Numbered from the stretch's first letter, positions 9,438 through 18,947 are shown. The stretch: DNA of 64,000 nucleotides from Alphaproteobacteria bacterium (GCA_015062495.1 SUUN01000001.1:19881-83880), one strand, 5' to 3'. Notes: generated by a model not told the origin, from the letters alone. Numbers and translations: made by a program.

Positions 9438-9731
9438 ATGAACAAAAATGATTTAGAAAATTTAGTGGAAGACTATGGTTATTTTGATGCGTTTCCCGGT
9501 GGTGCACCCGCGGGGCGTGCGTCACAGGCGGTGGAATATATGGCCGTCCTGCCCAAGCGGGGTAAAAAACAGGCCCTGATTGACGGGGCGGCACGTATTG
9601 GGGTTTTATTACAAACCGCACGCAAACGATTCCCGGACGGCAAAACACACGAATGTTTGACATTTCCAACGGCATATCAGCAGAAATTCAAACAACAAAT
9701 TCGTGATGTTGTAAAAGCACGTGAAAAATAA
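9438..9731 (+). CDS. Hypothetical protein (97 aa)
   Basis: AAGGAG RBS; followed by terminator CACCGCCCA-TC-TGGGCGGTG-TTTTT (9735-9760). Confidence 0.7.
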   Translation: MNKNDLENLVEDYGYFDAFPGGAPAGRASQAVEYMAVLPKRGKKQALIDGAARIGVLLQTARKRFPDGKTHECLTFPTAYQQKFKQQIRDVVKAREK

Positions 9732-9877
9732 CCCCACCGCCCATCTGGGCGGTGTTTTTTTGGGGGGGGGAGAAAGAAAATGTTGTAGCGCGACTTGACA
9801 AATATAAATGTTGTGTTATATATGTGTGATACGGAGAGTGAGCCGTATCATGAACAGCATAACCAAGAGGTGCTATC

Positions 9878-11428
9878 ATGACAAACGTAAAAACAAACCT
9901 TCCTCAAACATCCCTAGTCAGTAAGACGGCAAATATCATTTCTGAAACACGTCGTCCAGATGGTTCTTTGGCCACGCAGATATTAACAATCGGATTCGAC
10001 AAATATTTAATTCAATATGATTCCCAGGGTCAGGTTGTGTTCAAAGAAAAAATGGGCGAGTTATTCTTTAATGAAAAAGACATAACTTATAATAATGGTT
10101 GCGTTGCATCAATTACACGTCGTGATTATAGGGGCAACAGGGCCATTTCTCAATACGATGAAAATGGTCATATTATTGCGACTATAAATGCTAATAAAAA
10201 CGATATTGTAAACTTTGCGCCATCAGGATATGTCCGGTCTGTTATTAAACATTTGTCAGAATACGGTGATTTTGGCAAAACAACTGAAATCGAAGAAATC
10301 ACATTTAATGATTTCGGACATATAGTATCTTCTGCACACAAGGTGAAAATGACAGATTTGTTTGGCCCAGGACGTGATAAATGGATGACAACAGACACCA
10401 AGCAATATTATCCAAATGGGCAAATGGCCAGTCATATCACGTATAAGCAAAAAACAAAACGTACAGGCAGATGGACATCTGAAAATCAAGAAGACGAAGC
10501 GGCATCGTATATTTCATCAATCACTCAATATAGTGAAAAAGGCAAGTTGCAGGTGTCTGCACAACTGGGCGAATATGATGAAATAAACTTTAACGGCGAT
10601 AAAGTTGCGTGTATAACCAGACGTGTAAAGAAAGGTGACAGCCTGGAAACAATGTCCCAAACAACATATTATCCATCTGGAAATTTGTGCACAATAACAA
10701 CATACCAAGATGGCAGGGTTGTGTCTTCTGTGACTTATGATGAACAGGGCAAGCCACAAAGTAGTGCCCAGCAAGGAACAGAAAATTATCAGGATATATA
10801 TCAGAACGCACAGCAGACACGCCAAAACACACAGAACATTAAGTCTTTTGCCAAGATTGGCATGACGCCACAGCAGGCGGCCAGCATTTTGGGTGTGTCC
10901 TTAAGTGCAACCGAACAGGAAGTAAAAGTGGCATATCGTAAACTGTGTAAAATCTGGCATCCGGACAGAAACCAAGGAAATGAAGAGGTGGCTAAGCGCA
11001 AAATGCAACAAATCAATGAAGCGTACAGCGTTATGTCACAATACATCAGGAACCGCGGTGGTCAATCTCGTCCTGAACAGCCACAACAACCGCGACCTGA
11101 ACACATTAACCGAATGCAGCAGGCATGGAATAAACTACAACAGGCTATTCGTGATTATGACTATGCCGTAGATAGGTTAAAAGCCGCCACGGCAGAAAAA
11201 GAAAGAATCAGAAGCGAATATGTCAGAACAGCAGCAAATGATCAAAAGAAACGAAAATTGGAACAGCAATTAAGAAAGGCTGAGATTGCTTGGTCAGCGT
11301 GTGTTAACAACAAAATCCGGGCACAGGCATATAAAGATAAATGTGAACGTGAATATAATATGTTGCGCATGCAAAAATATACGAAAATGTATCAACAAAA
11401 ATGTTGTGAATATCAACGTGCTGCATAA
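9878..11428 (+). CDS. J-domain (DnaJ-like) protein with N-terminal YwqK/MORN-variant-like beta repeats and C-terminal coiled coil
   Basis: AASILGVSLSATEQEVKVAYRKLCKIWHPDRN..MQQINEAYSVM is a J-domain with HPD. Repeats such as QYYPNGQMAS and TYYPSGNLCT precede it. Confidence 0.85.
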   Translation: MTNVKTNLPQTSLVSKTANIISETRRPDGSLATQILTIGFDKYLIQYDSQGQVVFKEKMGELFFNEKDITYNNGCVASITRRDYRGNRAISQYDENGHIIATINANKNDIVNFAPSGYVRSVIKHLSEYGDFGKTTEIEEITFNDFGHIVSSAHKVKMTDLFGPGRDKWMTTDTKQYYPNGQMASHITYKQKTKRTGRWTSENQEDEAASYISSITQYSEKGKLQVSAQLGEYDEINFNGDKVACITRRVKKGDSLETMSQTTYYPSGNLCTITTYQDGRVVSSVTYDEQGKPQSSAQQGTENYQDIYQNAQQTRQNTQNIKSFAKIGMTPQQAASILGVSLSATEQEVKVAYRKLCKIWHPDRNQGNEEVAKRKMQQINEAYSVMSQYIRNRGGQSRPEQPQQPRPEHINRMQQAWNKLQQAIRDYDYAVDRLKAATAEKERIRSEYVRTAANDQKKRKLEQQLRKAEIAWSACVNNKIRAQAYKDKCEREYNMLRMQKYTKMYQQKCCEYQRAA

Positions 11429-11583
11429 TTTGACTGAATGTGTAAAAACTCGTCATTTTGGCGAGTTTTTTATATAAAAAAGTTCGTAAATGTGTGAAAC
11501 GGTGGTGCTTTTGACGTACGATTTACGAACCGATGAAAGTATTGGAAAACAAAGAAAACCACCAAAAGGTCGGTTGTTATTTG

Positions 11584-11782
11584 GGCAGCCCCAACATCGC
11601 TCCTCGATACGCAATAAATAAAATCAAAAAAATCTCCCTTGGTCGATTTTTTAAGATTTTTCTAATTGTGTATTCTCGTATTCGCCATGCGCAACTGGGG
11701 TTGCTCTGGCGTATCCGGTTGTGGCGTTATAGCAAAATAAAAAAATCGGGAAAACCCCGATTTGTTTATTTTGGCAGCCCCA
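11584..11782. repeat. Left direct repeat of the tRNA-Glu trailer unit
   Basis: Starts with GGCAGCCCCAACATCGC (same as 13373-13389). Ends with a 70-bp near-identical copy (11713-11782) of 13551-13620 that includes the tRNA-Glu 3' end TTGGCAGCCCCA. Confidence 0.9.
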
Positions 11783-11876
11783 GCTGGACGGCTTTCGAAC
11801 TTTACTGCTGCGCGACTATGACGAAATAGTCAGAAATATCAACGAACTTTCAGAATGGGTTGAAAATAACAAGTGA
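11772..11876 (+). pseudogene. Possible C-terminal remnant of a large serine recombinase overlapping the att core
   Basis: Frame reads WQPQLDGFRTLLLRDYDEIVRNINELSEWVENNK*, resembling the WxxxxDxxRT tails of tRNA-targeting serine integrases. Pattern recall only. Confidence 0.35.
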
Positions 11877-11891
11877 TAATTTTAGCTTGAT

Positions 11892-12224
11892 TTATACTGT
11901 CAGCAGAAAAATATATCCCACAGTAAGCAAACTTGGCCAAATGGCGTACCAAATAGCTTTGCATTGTTTTTGTCTGCTGACTTCAATTATTGACCTGTAT
12001 ATAAAAAACACGTCTAAGCACCCCAATAGTATCAGGCTTGTAAAAAAAGCGACCGCAGATGAGCGAATAAATCCGAAAGCCTCGGCTCCCCAATGGCATC
12101 CGCCCATTTCTGCGCAATTATAAAAACAAATATCAATAATTGTGTCTGCTATCATATACAGCAAAAACAGGTTCCATATCAAGAATAAGACAAATATTGT
12201 ATAAAATGCAAACTTTTTTATCAT
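11892..12224 (-). CDS. Small membrane protein, candidate immunity protein
   Basis: 110 aa with about 3 hydrophobic helices; begins 8 nt after the stop of the Tlde1-like gene. Confidence 0.65.
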   Translation of the reverse strand: MIKKFAFYTIFVLFLIWNLFLLYMIADTIIDICFYNCAEMGGCHWGAEAFGFIRSSAVAFFTSLILLGCLDVFFIYRSIIEVSRQKQCKAIWYAIWPSLLTVGYIFLLTV

Positions 12225-12232
12225 ATTATCAT

Positions 12233-13228
12233 CTAATATTTTACGTGCAGTATAACATCTTTTTTGTTTTGCTCAAACCATTTTATAAAATCACTTATTT
12301 CTGTTCGTAAGTCAATACAGCCGGCAGAGCCGAAAGCAACGCCGCCATGTATAGAAAATTTGTCTCTCCCGAATGTGTTAGTTTCTTTTGCAGGTTCTAA
12401 CCATACTCTGTGGTCTCCCCAGGAAGCATAACCGCCTGGCCATCCTGTTATTTTCCCTTTTGTAGAATATTTATCTCTATGTTGGGCATTTATTTGTCGT
12501 ATCACATATATTCCTTCTGGCAAAGGCCCTTTATCTTTCTCTTTTTGCATATCTTTGCCCTGATAACTTGGCATACCAGACATTGCGCCCCAATATCCTG
12601 TTCTTTTATCATTCGTATTTACCGTCAGGGCTACCCCATCAAATACTGCAACTTGATTTTTGTTTGTATTGACCGGATATTCAAATTTTGCGCCATGTGA
12701 TTCAAACTTCGTATTCAACACGCGTTCTGTTTCGTCACCCGATGATATGCGCCCGGTTATTGGTAAATTGTTATCGCGTTGAAAATCCTTAATCGCTGTA
12801 ATCAGTTCTGTGTTTGCGTATTTGTGAAATTGCCCGTCAGGCTCGCTACGCTCATTGGGCTTATAGTAATTCATTTTATACAGGTTCTTTTTCAGTTTTA
12901 TAACATCGTCTTCATTTGTTGCGTTATTGGCCGATACTGTGCCACTCAGGCTAAAATCTTTTTCTTTGGTTTTGTCTTCTTTTTTATCCTTATTTTCTGG
13001 TTTTTGTCCGTTATAGTGATATGGGCAAATACGCTCGTATGGTGCAACTTCGGTACCATCGGCACGTGTGTATCCGGATACTTGAATAATTCCGTCGCAT
13101 TGTTCGGTGGAATCACGACCATTATTTGCACCTTGTTGTCCTTTCAGTTTTGCGTATATGTTGGCCAGTGTGCCTGTGGCCTGAACCCAATCTTTGGTTC
13201 GCATAGATGTGTATTCTTTTAATGACAT
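12233..13228 (-). CDS. Peptidoglycan-binding domain + DUF2778/Tlde1 (L,D-transpeptidase fold) protein
   Basis: PG-binding segment DDVIKLKKNL..AIKDFQRDNNLPITG; C-terminal GPLPEGIY, WGDHRVWL and FSIHGG..GSAGCIDL. Start MSLKEY at 13228 with AAGGA RBS. Confidence 0.8.
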   Translation of the reverse strand: MSLKEYTSMRTKDWVQATGTLANIYAKLKGQQGANNGRDSTEQCDGIIQVSGYTRADGTEVAPYERICPYHYNGQKPENKDKKEDKTKEKDFSLSGTVSANNATNEDDVIKLKKNLYKMNYYKPNERSEPDGQFHKYANTELITAIKDFQRDNNLPITGRISSGDETERVLNTKFESHGAKFEYPVNTNKNQVAVFDGVALTVNTNDKRTGYWGAMSGMPSYQGKDMQKEKDKGPLPEGIYVIRQINAQHRDKYSTKGKITGWPGGYASWGDHRVWLEPAKETNTFGRDKFSIHGGVAFGSAGCIDLRTEISDFIKWFEQNKKDVILHVKY

Positions 13229-13372
13229 ATTTAATCCTTTGGTAAAAAAACACCCGCATATGCGGGCAATAAAAAAGACGACCAAATGTCGTCTGCTGAA
13301 TGTGTGTATTATACCATAATATACGAATTTTTTCAATAAAAAATCCGCCCAAATGGACGGAAAATCAGATTT

Positions 13373-13620
13373 GGCAGCCCCAACATCGCCCCTTGACAAC
13401 CAATAACCAAACCTAGACGCAAAAACTCTATTAACCATATCCGTTTTTGCAGGTTTGCTAATTGTTTGTCTGCGTATTGGTCATGCGCGCCACCTGTCAC
13501 GTAAACTTTGTTTACGTGTGGCACATAAATGTGCCTGGGCGCTCTGACCGATCCGGTTGTGGCGTTTTAGCAAAATAAAAAAATCGGGTAAAACCCGATT
13601 TGTTTATTTTGGCAGCCCCA
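13373..13620. repeat. Right direct repeat of the tRNA-Glu trailer unit
   Basis: Homologous to 11584-11782 and ends inside the tRNA-Glu 3' end. Includes the terminator AAATCGGG..CCCGATTT. Confidence 0.9.
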
Positions 13621-13685
13621 ACCGGATTCGAACCGGTGTTCTCGCCTTGAAAGGGCGGTGTCCTAGGCCTCTAGACGATGGGGCC
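13610..13685 (-). tRNA. tRNA-Glu(TTC)
   Basis: GGCCCCATCGTCTAGAGGCCTAGGACACCGCC-CTTTCAA-GGCGA...GGTTCGAATCC..GCCA. Confidence 0.95.
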
Positions 13686-13763
13686 AAAACTGCCATGTTC
13701 ATAACTGAACGCCGGCAAATTATACATGTTGTTTGCCGGCTTGTCAAGTGATTATCAATGATT

Positions 13764-14195
13764 TTATTCCGATGTGGTTTCGGAATCTGCCACAGGGGCA
13801 GCGGTGTCTTCGATTTGGGTAAAGATAATTTCTTTGCCGTCAGATGCAATCAATGTTAATTTGCCGTCGCCCAATTCATATGTTTCAACCGTTGGCATGA
13901 ACTCAAAGTATTCACGTTCGGTTTCCATGGCCTCAGCATCGCCCATCATCATTGTGGATGCAAAGCCTTCGAATTTAATGTTGTTGCCGTCCGCAGTATA
14001 ACCGCCGTTATAGCGATTTACAACGCCGCCAAATACGCGCATTTCAACCGGGTCAAATGACAATGTAATGTCAACGCCAGGCTGGGCGGATATAAAGTTT
14101 GCGCCCTTTAACAATTCGGGGTTCTGGGTGTCGTCCGCGCCACAGGCCGCCAATGCCAGGGCACATGCGCCAATTGCGAATAATTTGAATTTCAT
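13764..14195 (-). CDS. META domain lipoprotein (HslJ-like)
   Basis: Lipobox LAAC; GVVNRYNGGY, FASTMMMG and YELGDGKLTL match the META domain. Confidence 0.85.
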   Translation of the reverse strand: MKFKLFAIGACALALAACGADDTQNPELLKGANFISAQPGVDITLSFDPVEMRVFGGVVNRYNGGYTADGNNIKFEGFASTMMMGDAEAMETEREYFEFMPTVETYELGDGKLTLIASDGKEIIFTQIEDTAAPVADSETTSE

Positions 14196-14322
14196 GTGTT
14201 TTCTCCTTTGGTATTTATATCATGGTTCGATTATAGAACATTATTTTCAATAATAAACAAGAAAATACACCGCGTATTATGCAAGGCTTGACAATAATTG
14301 TGTTTGTGTTAACTTTGTCTTT

Positions 14323-15492
14323 GTGACAGATAAAGATGATGTGATTTTAATTTCGAATGCTGATAACAGGGCAAAGCCAAGTTTTGCCCAGCGTTTTCGT
14401 GAACGCTTGGTATATCCGTTCCAGAAACGGCGTTTTTATGCCCAATGGGAAAACGCACCAATGGATATGCGGTTTCGTCTGACTAATAAATGTAATGAAA
14501 ACTGTGCGCGTTGTTTCGAGTGTTCGGGCCCAGATAAACCGTTAAACATCGTTCCTGTGGATGATATTTCGTTTTATGTTAATCGGTCGGGGGCGAATTT
14601 TACAGGCATTTATATGACGGGTGGGGAATGGTCGCTGATATACGATATTCGGCCACACTATATGCGTGAAATATTTGATAAACTGGATTTATCCAGGTCA
14701 GATGAATACACCATTCAGACCAATGCACGATGGGTGCGCGGGGTGCATCGGGATGAAATACTGGGGGATATAAAATATATTCAGTCGAAATTGCGGGGGC
14801 AAAATCGCGGGCTGAAATTAGATATGTCGGTGGATCGGTATCGCAGTGCGCAAAGTATCGACTGTGTGCGCGATGTTGTTGCTGCGGTTGCGTCGGATGG
14901 GGATTTTGATAATACTAAAATTCGGTTAATGTCGTGCGCGTTGGATGCCAAAATGGCAAATGAACGGGTTTTAATTCCTGAATTCTTTGCGGCACGTGGG
15001 ATAGAGTTAAAGTTTGAAAACCGTTCGTGGTTTAATCCATATTTCCAGGTGTGCTATGCCAACAATACACGCATTGTTATTCACGAAGAAGGGCCAACTA
15101 TGCGTATCGGGCGTGCCCGGCAAAATGGTATTGGGTATAAAATTTATTATCCGCAATTACAGTGTGGCGGTCTGCAACGTGAAAATACATTGATGGAACT
15201 GTCGCTGCGCGAAGATGGTATGATAAAATGGCATAATTGGTACGATTGGGATATAATGACCCCATACCGTGATGCCAATGGTGGGTATAAGTCCATGGGG
15301 CAAATTCGGGCGGAACTGGTGGATATGGTATGGCCGCGTTTGCTGCGTCATAATATAAAAAATACAGTACTGAATCTGTTGCCAATATATGGCGATATTC
15401 GTCAGATTTATATCAATAATCAAATCCAAAAAACATACGAAGAAAACAGAAAACAATTTGTACACATCGCCACGCCGATTAAGGAATTGTAA
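14323..15492 (+). CDS. Radical SAM protein
   Basis: CNENCARC (CxxxCxxC), TGGE, QTNA and MSVD motifs. GTG start uncertain. Confidence 0.85.
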   Translation: MTDKDDVILISNADNRAKPSFAQRFRERLVYPFQKRRFYAQWENAPMDMRFRLTNKCNENCARCFECSGPDKPLNIVPVDDISFYVNRSGANFTGIYMTGGEWSLIYDIRPHYMREIFDKLDLSRSDEYTIQTNARWVRGVHRDEILGDIKYIQSKLRGQNRGLKLDMSVDRYRSAQSIDCVRDVVAAVASDGDFDNTKIRLMSCALDAKMANERVLIPEFFAARGIELKFENRSWFNPYFQVCYANNTRIVIHEEGPTMRIGRARQNGIGYKIYYPQLQCGGLQRENTLMELSLREDGMIKWHNWYDWDIMTPYRDANGGYKSMGQIRAELVDMVWPRLLRHNIKNTVLNLLPIYGDIRQIYINNQIQKTYEENRKQFVHIATPIKEL

Positions 15493-15574
15493 TACCTGTC
15501 GCGGGGCAGGGGACAAAAACGCACCATTTGGTGCTTTTTTTTGCGGTTTGCGTGTGATGGGGGTGATTGTCCGT

Positions 15575-15591
15575 GACCTACTGATTACAAA
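15575..15591. repeat. att-like 17-bp copy of the tRNA-Thr anticodon arm
   Basis: GACCTACTGATTACAAA is identical to 18360-18376. A copy of the tRNA terminator (CGCACC..GGTGC) lies at 15514-15540. Confidence 0.75.
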
Positions 15592-15860
15592 CCGCCCAAA
15601 CGAGTGTTGAATAACGTTTGTCAACGTTGAATTTTGCTTAGTATTCTGGGCTTTACAGCGGATTTTAAATTTATTATACTTAAATAAAAATCGGTAGCAA
15701 AAACTAAAATTTCATACCTGCGTGGCGAAGATCCGTCGGCCGAACGTCGTGATGTGCTGCGTGACATGACCCCGCGCCGCCCCATGATAATGAAACGGTC
15801 GCAACCACGTCGCCAACATTTAGCTTCGCAGGTTTTATGCCCATGTCTGTCCCCTTGATT

Positions 15861-16217
15861 TTATCTTATAATCGTGTGCTTGAACCACTGTTCTTGGAAA
15901 GCGGTTTTTTGTTCAATATATTCGTTTGTTGGATTTTGTCCGTCTGGCACAACAATCAGTTTATCGTCGTTGTCATTTGTGCGATGAATAATCGCAACGC
16001 ATTTTCCAGAAAATGTTGCCAATGGTGTATCGATGCCCAATACATATGCGTCTAATTCTTCGCCATCGCCCGATATGGTGTTTGGGATAAATCCATAATT
16101 CACTTCGTATGTAAAGCCGTGTTTTGGATGTTTGCTGCCCAGTGGTCTGTCCATTTGTACATTGACGATTTTACCCAGAAAATCACGTGCATTTACGATG
16201 TTGGAATTTGTGGACAT
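15861..16217 (-). CDS. Small family-I inorganic pyrophosphatase-like protein
   Basis: YEVNYGFIPNTISGDGEELDAYVLG and DNDDKLIVVP motifs. Confidence 0.85.
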   Translation of the reverse strand: MSTNSNIVNARDFLGKIVNVQMDRPLGSKHPKHGFTYEVNYGFIPNTISGDGEELDAYVLGIDTPLATFSGKCVAIIHRTNDNDDKLIVVPDGQNPTNEYIEQKTAFQEQWFKHTIIR

Positions 16218-16303
16218 TTTATATCCTTATGGTTGGGATTATAGAATCAGTATAGATTACAATATTTATGTTGTCAAAGTTTATGTATGCTGATTTTTTG
16301 CAG

Positions 16304-16333
16304 CATACAATCCTTTTTGACATCTGTTGAATT
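16304..16333. repeat. 30-bp direct repeat, left of the AIPR-like gene
   Basis: CATACAATCCTTTTTGACATCTGTTGAATT, identical at 18144-18173. Confidence 0.9.
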
Positions 16334-16753
16334 TGGGTGAGCATTGAATTGCGGGATAACAAAAGATTCTTATCGGTTGCGCAATATTTTCTGCTTGTGT
16401 AATTCTGCGCGTATACGAGATTTTGGACCACACATACGAAATCCAATTACGTGTCCACGACGATATGCACTGGGGACCAGTATCAGACCTGCCATCCCAC
16501 CCACAATTACTGGCGGATTTAATCGTGTCGGAAAGTTTGCACAAGTCCCAGAAAAAATTTATGTGTCTAACTATTAATATTGGATAAAAATCGTATAAAA
16601 TTCTTGACTTGTTCTAAATCTGTACTAAACTTAATGGCGAGAGATACCCGGATGGGTGTTTTATTTGTGGCCGGACGGCTGCAGCGGGCTGTATTTGATC
16701 ATAGATATGGTTGAATATGATATTAATAACAGGCAGAACAAAGGTAAAAAAAG

Positions 16754-18109
16754 ATGTCTGATAATAAAAACAGCGTTACGGTACGCTTTATGAAACCGGT
16801 TGTAAAACAAACAATTCCAGAAACTAATATTTCAAGAATCGTAGGGTTTATTGACCCGTTATCTTTTATTCGCTTATATAGAGCTGGTGGAATGGAAGCC
16901 AATCCTCGTGTGCCAAAGGAATCGCAAATTACAAAAGCGATTATAGACACAATAGAAAATCAACCAGACTTATTCCCCTTTAAAACCAAAGGCGTATTGT
17001 TTGGGGCAACGAAATGTATAGAGTTAGAACGCGAAAGGTATGAAGTATCGTTCGACGGTGAAAAAGATCGTCTAGGCGTATTGGATGGTGGGCACAACAC
17101 CTTTGCTATTATTAAATATTTATGTGGTTTGCTTGATGATGTTGATGTGCGATTTAAGAAGAAAGATGACATGCAAGATTTTTTTGATGCACATTATCAT
17201 GATCTGGTGAATAAGTTGCAACAGTTGAAATCAGAAGATGATATATCTGTAAAGTTTGGCATTCCTGTAGAAATTATAATGCCTACAAACTCAGAAGACA
17301 AACAAACACTACAAGATTTCTTTGATAACTTGGTTGATATATGTCAGGCGCGTAATAAAAATCAATCATTGAAAGAGGAAGCTTTAGATAACAAGGAAGG
17401 CATTTATGATTTTATCAAAGATGAAGTTTTGCCCCATGAAGTCTCAAAACGTATCATTTGGAAGACGAACGAAGAAGGCGATATCCCGTCTACGGATATA
17501 ATTGCGTTTGCGTGGGCTTTTTTACAAGATTTTGAAAAACCGATGTCGTTAACGCAAATTTATTCGTCTAAGGGTGCGTGCGTAAAGGGGTTTGGAAACC
17601 TAGTAAAAAAACGCGATGAAAACGGCCGTTATATTTATGTTGAACAGACACCAGATGCTAAATTAAAAATTACTGATAAGCAACTGCTGTCGGCGCTGAG
17701 TTTGATGCGAGTGTTTCCTCGTATATACGATAATGTTTACAAAAAGTTCCCAGAAGCATATAACGCATCTGGTGGATCGTTTGGACGTATAAACGGAGTT
17801 AAACGAATAGCTGCCGGTAAAAATCGTAGTTATTTAACCAAGTTTTATAATGAGCCTTGTGATTATTCGTATCCAGATGGTTTTATCGTTCCTTTAATTT
17901 GTGGCGCAATTGCCGCTTTAATAACACGTGATGATAACGGTATGTATGCGTGGAAAGTAGACCCGGTTCAGTTTTTTGACGATCATTTAAATGATTTGTT
18001 GAAAGTTTATAAGGGGTTAATAGATATGGCGAAATGGAATCCTCAGAATGTTGGAAAAAATTCGTCTACCTATTCAACCATACAGGCTATTGTACCCGCA
18101 TATCTTTAA
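16754..18109 (+). CDS. AIPR-like (abortive infection / ParB-DndB-type fold) protein
   Basis: EANPR, LGVLDGGHNTFAI and ICQARNKNQSLKEEALDN motifs recalled from AIPR-family proteins. AT-rich, atypical codon usage. Confidence 0.55.
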   Translation: MSDNKNSVTVRFMKPVVKQTIPETNISRIVGFIDPLSFIRLYRAGGMEANPRVPKESQITKAIIDTIENQPDLFPFKTKGVLFGATKCIELERERYEVSFDGEKDRLGVLDGGHNTFAIIKYLCGLLDDVDVRFKKKDDMQDFFDAHYHDLVNKLQQLKSEDDISVKFGIPVEIIMPTNSEDKQTLQDFFDNLVDICQARNKNQSLKEEALDNKEGIYDFIKDEVLPHEVSKRIIWKTNEEGDIPSTDIIAFAWAFLQDFEKPMSLTQIYSSKGACVKGFGNLVKKRDENGRYIYVEQTPDAKLKITDKQLLSALSLMRVFPRIYDNVYKKFPEAYNASGGSFGRINGVKRIAAGKNRSYLTKFYNEPCDYSYPDGFIVPLICGAIAALITRDDNGMYAWKVDPVQFFDDHLNDLLKVYKGLIDMAKWNPQNVGKNSSTYSTIQAIVPAYL

Positions 18110-18143
18110 CAATAACCGCCCCCATGTGGGCGGTTCTTTTATC

Positions 18144-18173
18144 CATACAATCCTTTTTGACATCTGTTGAATT
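18144..18173. repeat. 30-bp direct repeat, right of the AIPR-like gene
   Basis: Identical to 16304-16333. Confidence 0.9.
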
Positions 18174-18331
18174 CGGTTTATACTGATTCCCGGAATGGTG
18201 GGATGGGGTTGGAATTGTGCGCCCCGAATAAAATAAAAACCATCCGCCCCACACGACTTCGCCACCCGACACAAACCCCAACAGTGCAAAGAAACTAAAC
18301 AAAAAACGCACCGTTTGGTGCGTTTTAAAAC

Positions 18332-18407
18332 TGGTGCCGGTTGTCGGACTTGAACCAACGACCTACTGATTACAAATCAGCCGCTCTACCAGCTGAGCTA
18401 AACCGGC
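18332..18407 (-). tRNA. tRNA-Thr(TGT)
   Basis: GCCGGTT...GCTGA-TTTGTAA-TCAGT...GGTTCAAGTCC..AACCGGC-A-CCA. Confidence 0.95.
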
Positions 18408-18606
18408 AATGCCATGCAATTATACATATCTGGGCGCGCAACGCAAGCAAAAAAATCACAAATGGGTGAAAAATATTAGCGCTGGGGTTGGGAGATGTGT
18501 CGTGCAATCTGTTATGCGTGTCGATAAGAATGTTTGCCTATGGCATAAGAGTCGGATTTTATGCATAATTTATGGCATGTGTTTAACAATAACAAGGGGC
18601 GCTTTT

Positions 18607-18888
18607 ATGATAACCCACCAGGATATTTGGAGTGCGATTGATGCAGTGGCGGTTAGTCATAAAATTACACCATCGCGTATGGCAATTAATTGTGGGCTGG
18701 ATGCGACCACATTTAATAAAAGCAAGCGTCTGGATTCGTATGGGAAACTGCGTTGGCCGTCATCTGAAACAATTGCCAAGATTCTTAATCGGCATAATAT
18801 TACCATGACGGAATTTGGGTGTATGTGTGATAAGTGCGCCACAGAGCGTATCAAACGCGAGCAACAGCAGGGTGGAGAAAGTATGTGA
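18607..18888 (+). CDS. Alphaproteobacterial HTH regulator (N-terminal domain of S24-repressor type, no peptidase domain)
   Basis: THQDIWSAIDAVA..GLDATTFNKSKR..RWPSSETIAKIL is a widespread alphaproteobacterial HTH signature. Start at 18607. Confidence 0.8.
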   Translation: MITHQDIWSAIDAVAVSHKITPSRMAINCGLDATTFNKSKRLDSYGKLRWPSSETIAKILNRHNITMTEFGCMCDKCATERIKREQQQGGESM

Positions 18889-18947
18889 ACACAAGTGCTG
18901 GATATTTTGTCCTTGCCTTTGGGTTTATTTAGGGCAGAATAGGGGGT

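Noticed and set aside
11481-11530. 10-bp inverted repeat GTTCGTAAAT/ATTTACGAAC and near-matches to the Bacteroides Mpi core (also about 23720 and 41413)
   Set aside because: The spacer is only 29 bp, only one arm resembles the core, and the other near-matches have no inverted partner or lie within a CDS.
13229-13438. N-terminal extensions in the ORF track (Tlde1-like gene, rne, 3251-4504, rnhB, bamD, rpsB, glyQS and others)
   Set aside because: They run through terminators, promoters or neighbouring genes. Downstream ATGs have an RBS and match family N-termini.
16219-16577. Short ORFs between the pyrophosphatase and AIPR-like genes
   Set aside because: No recognisable motif or RBS in any frame; probably decayed island sequence.
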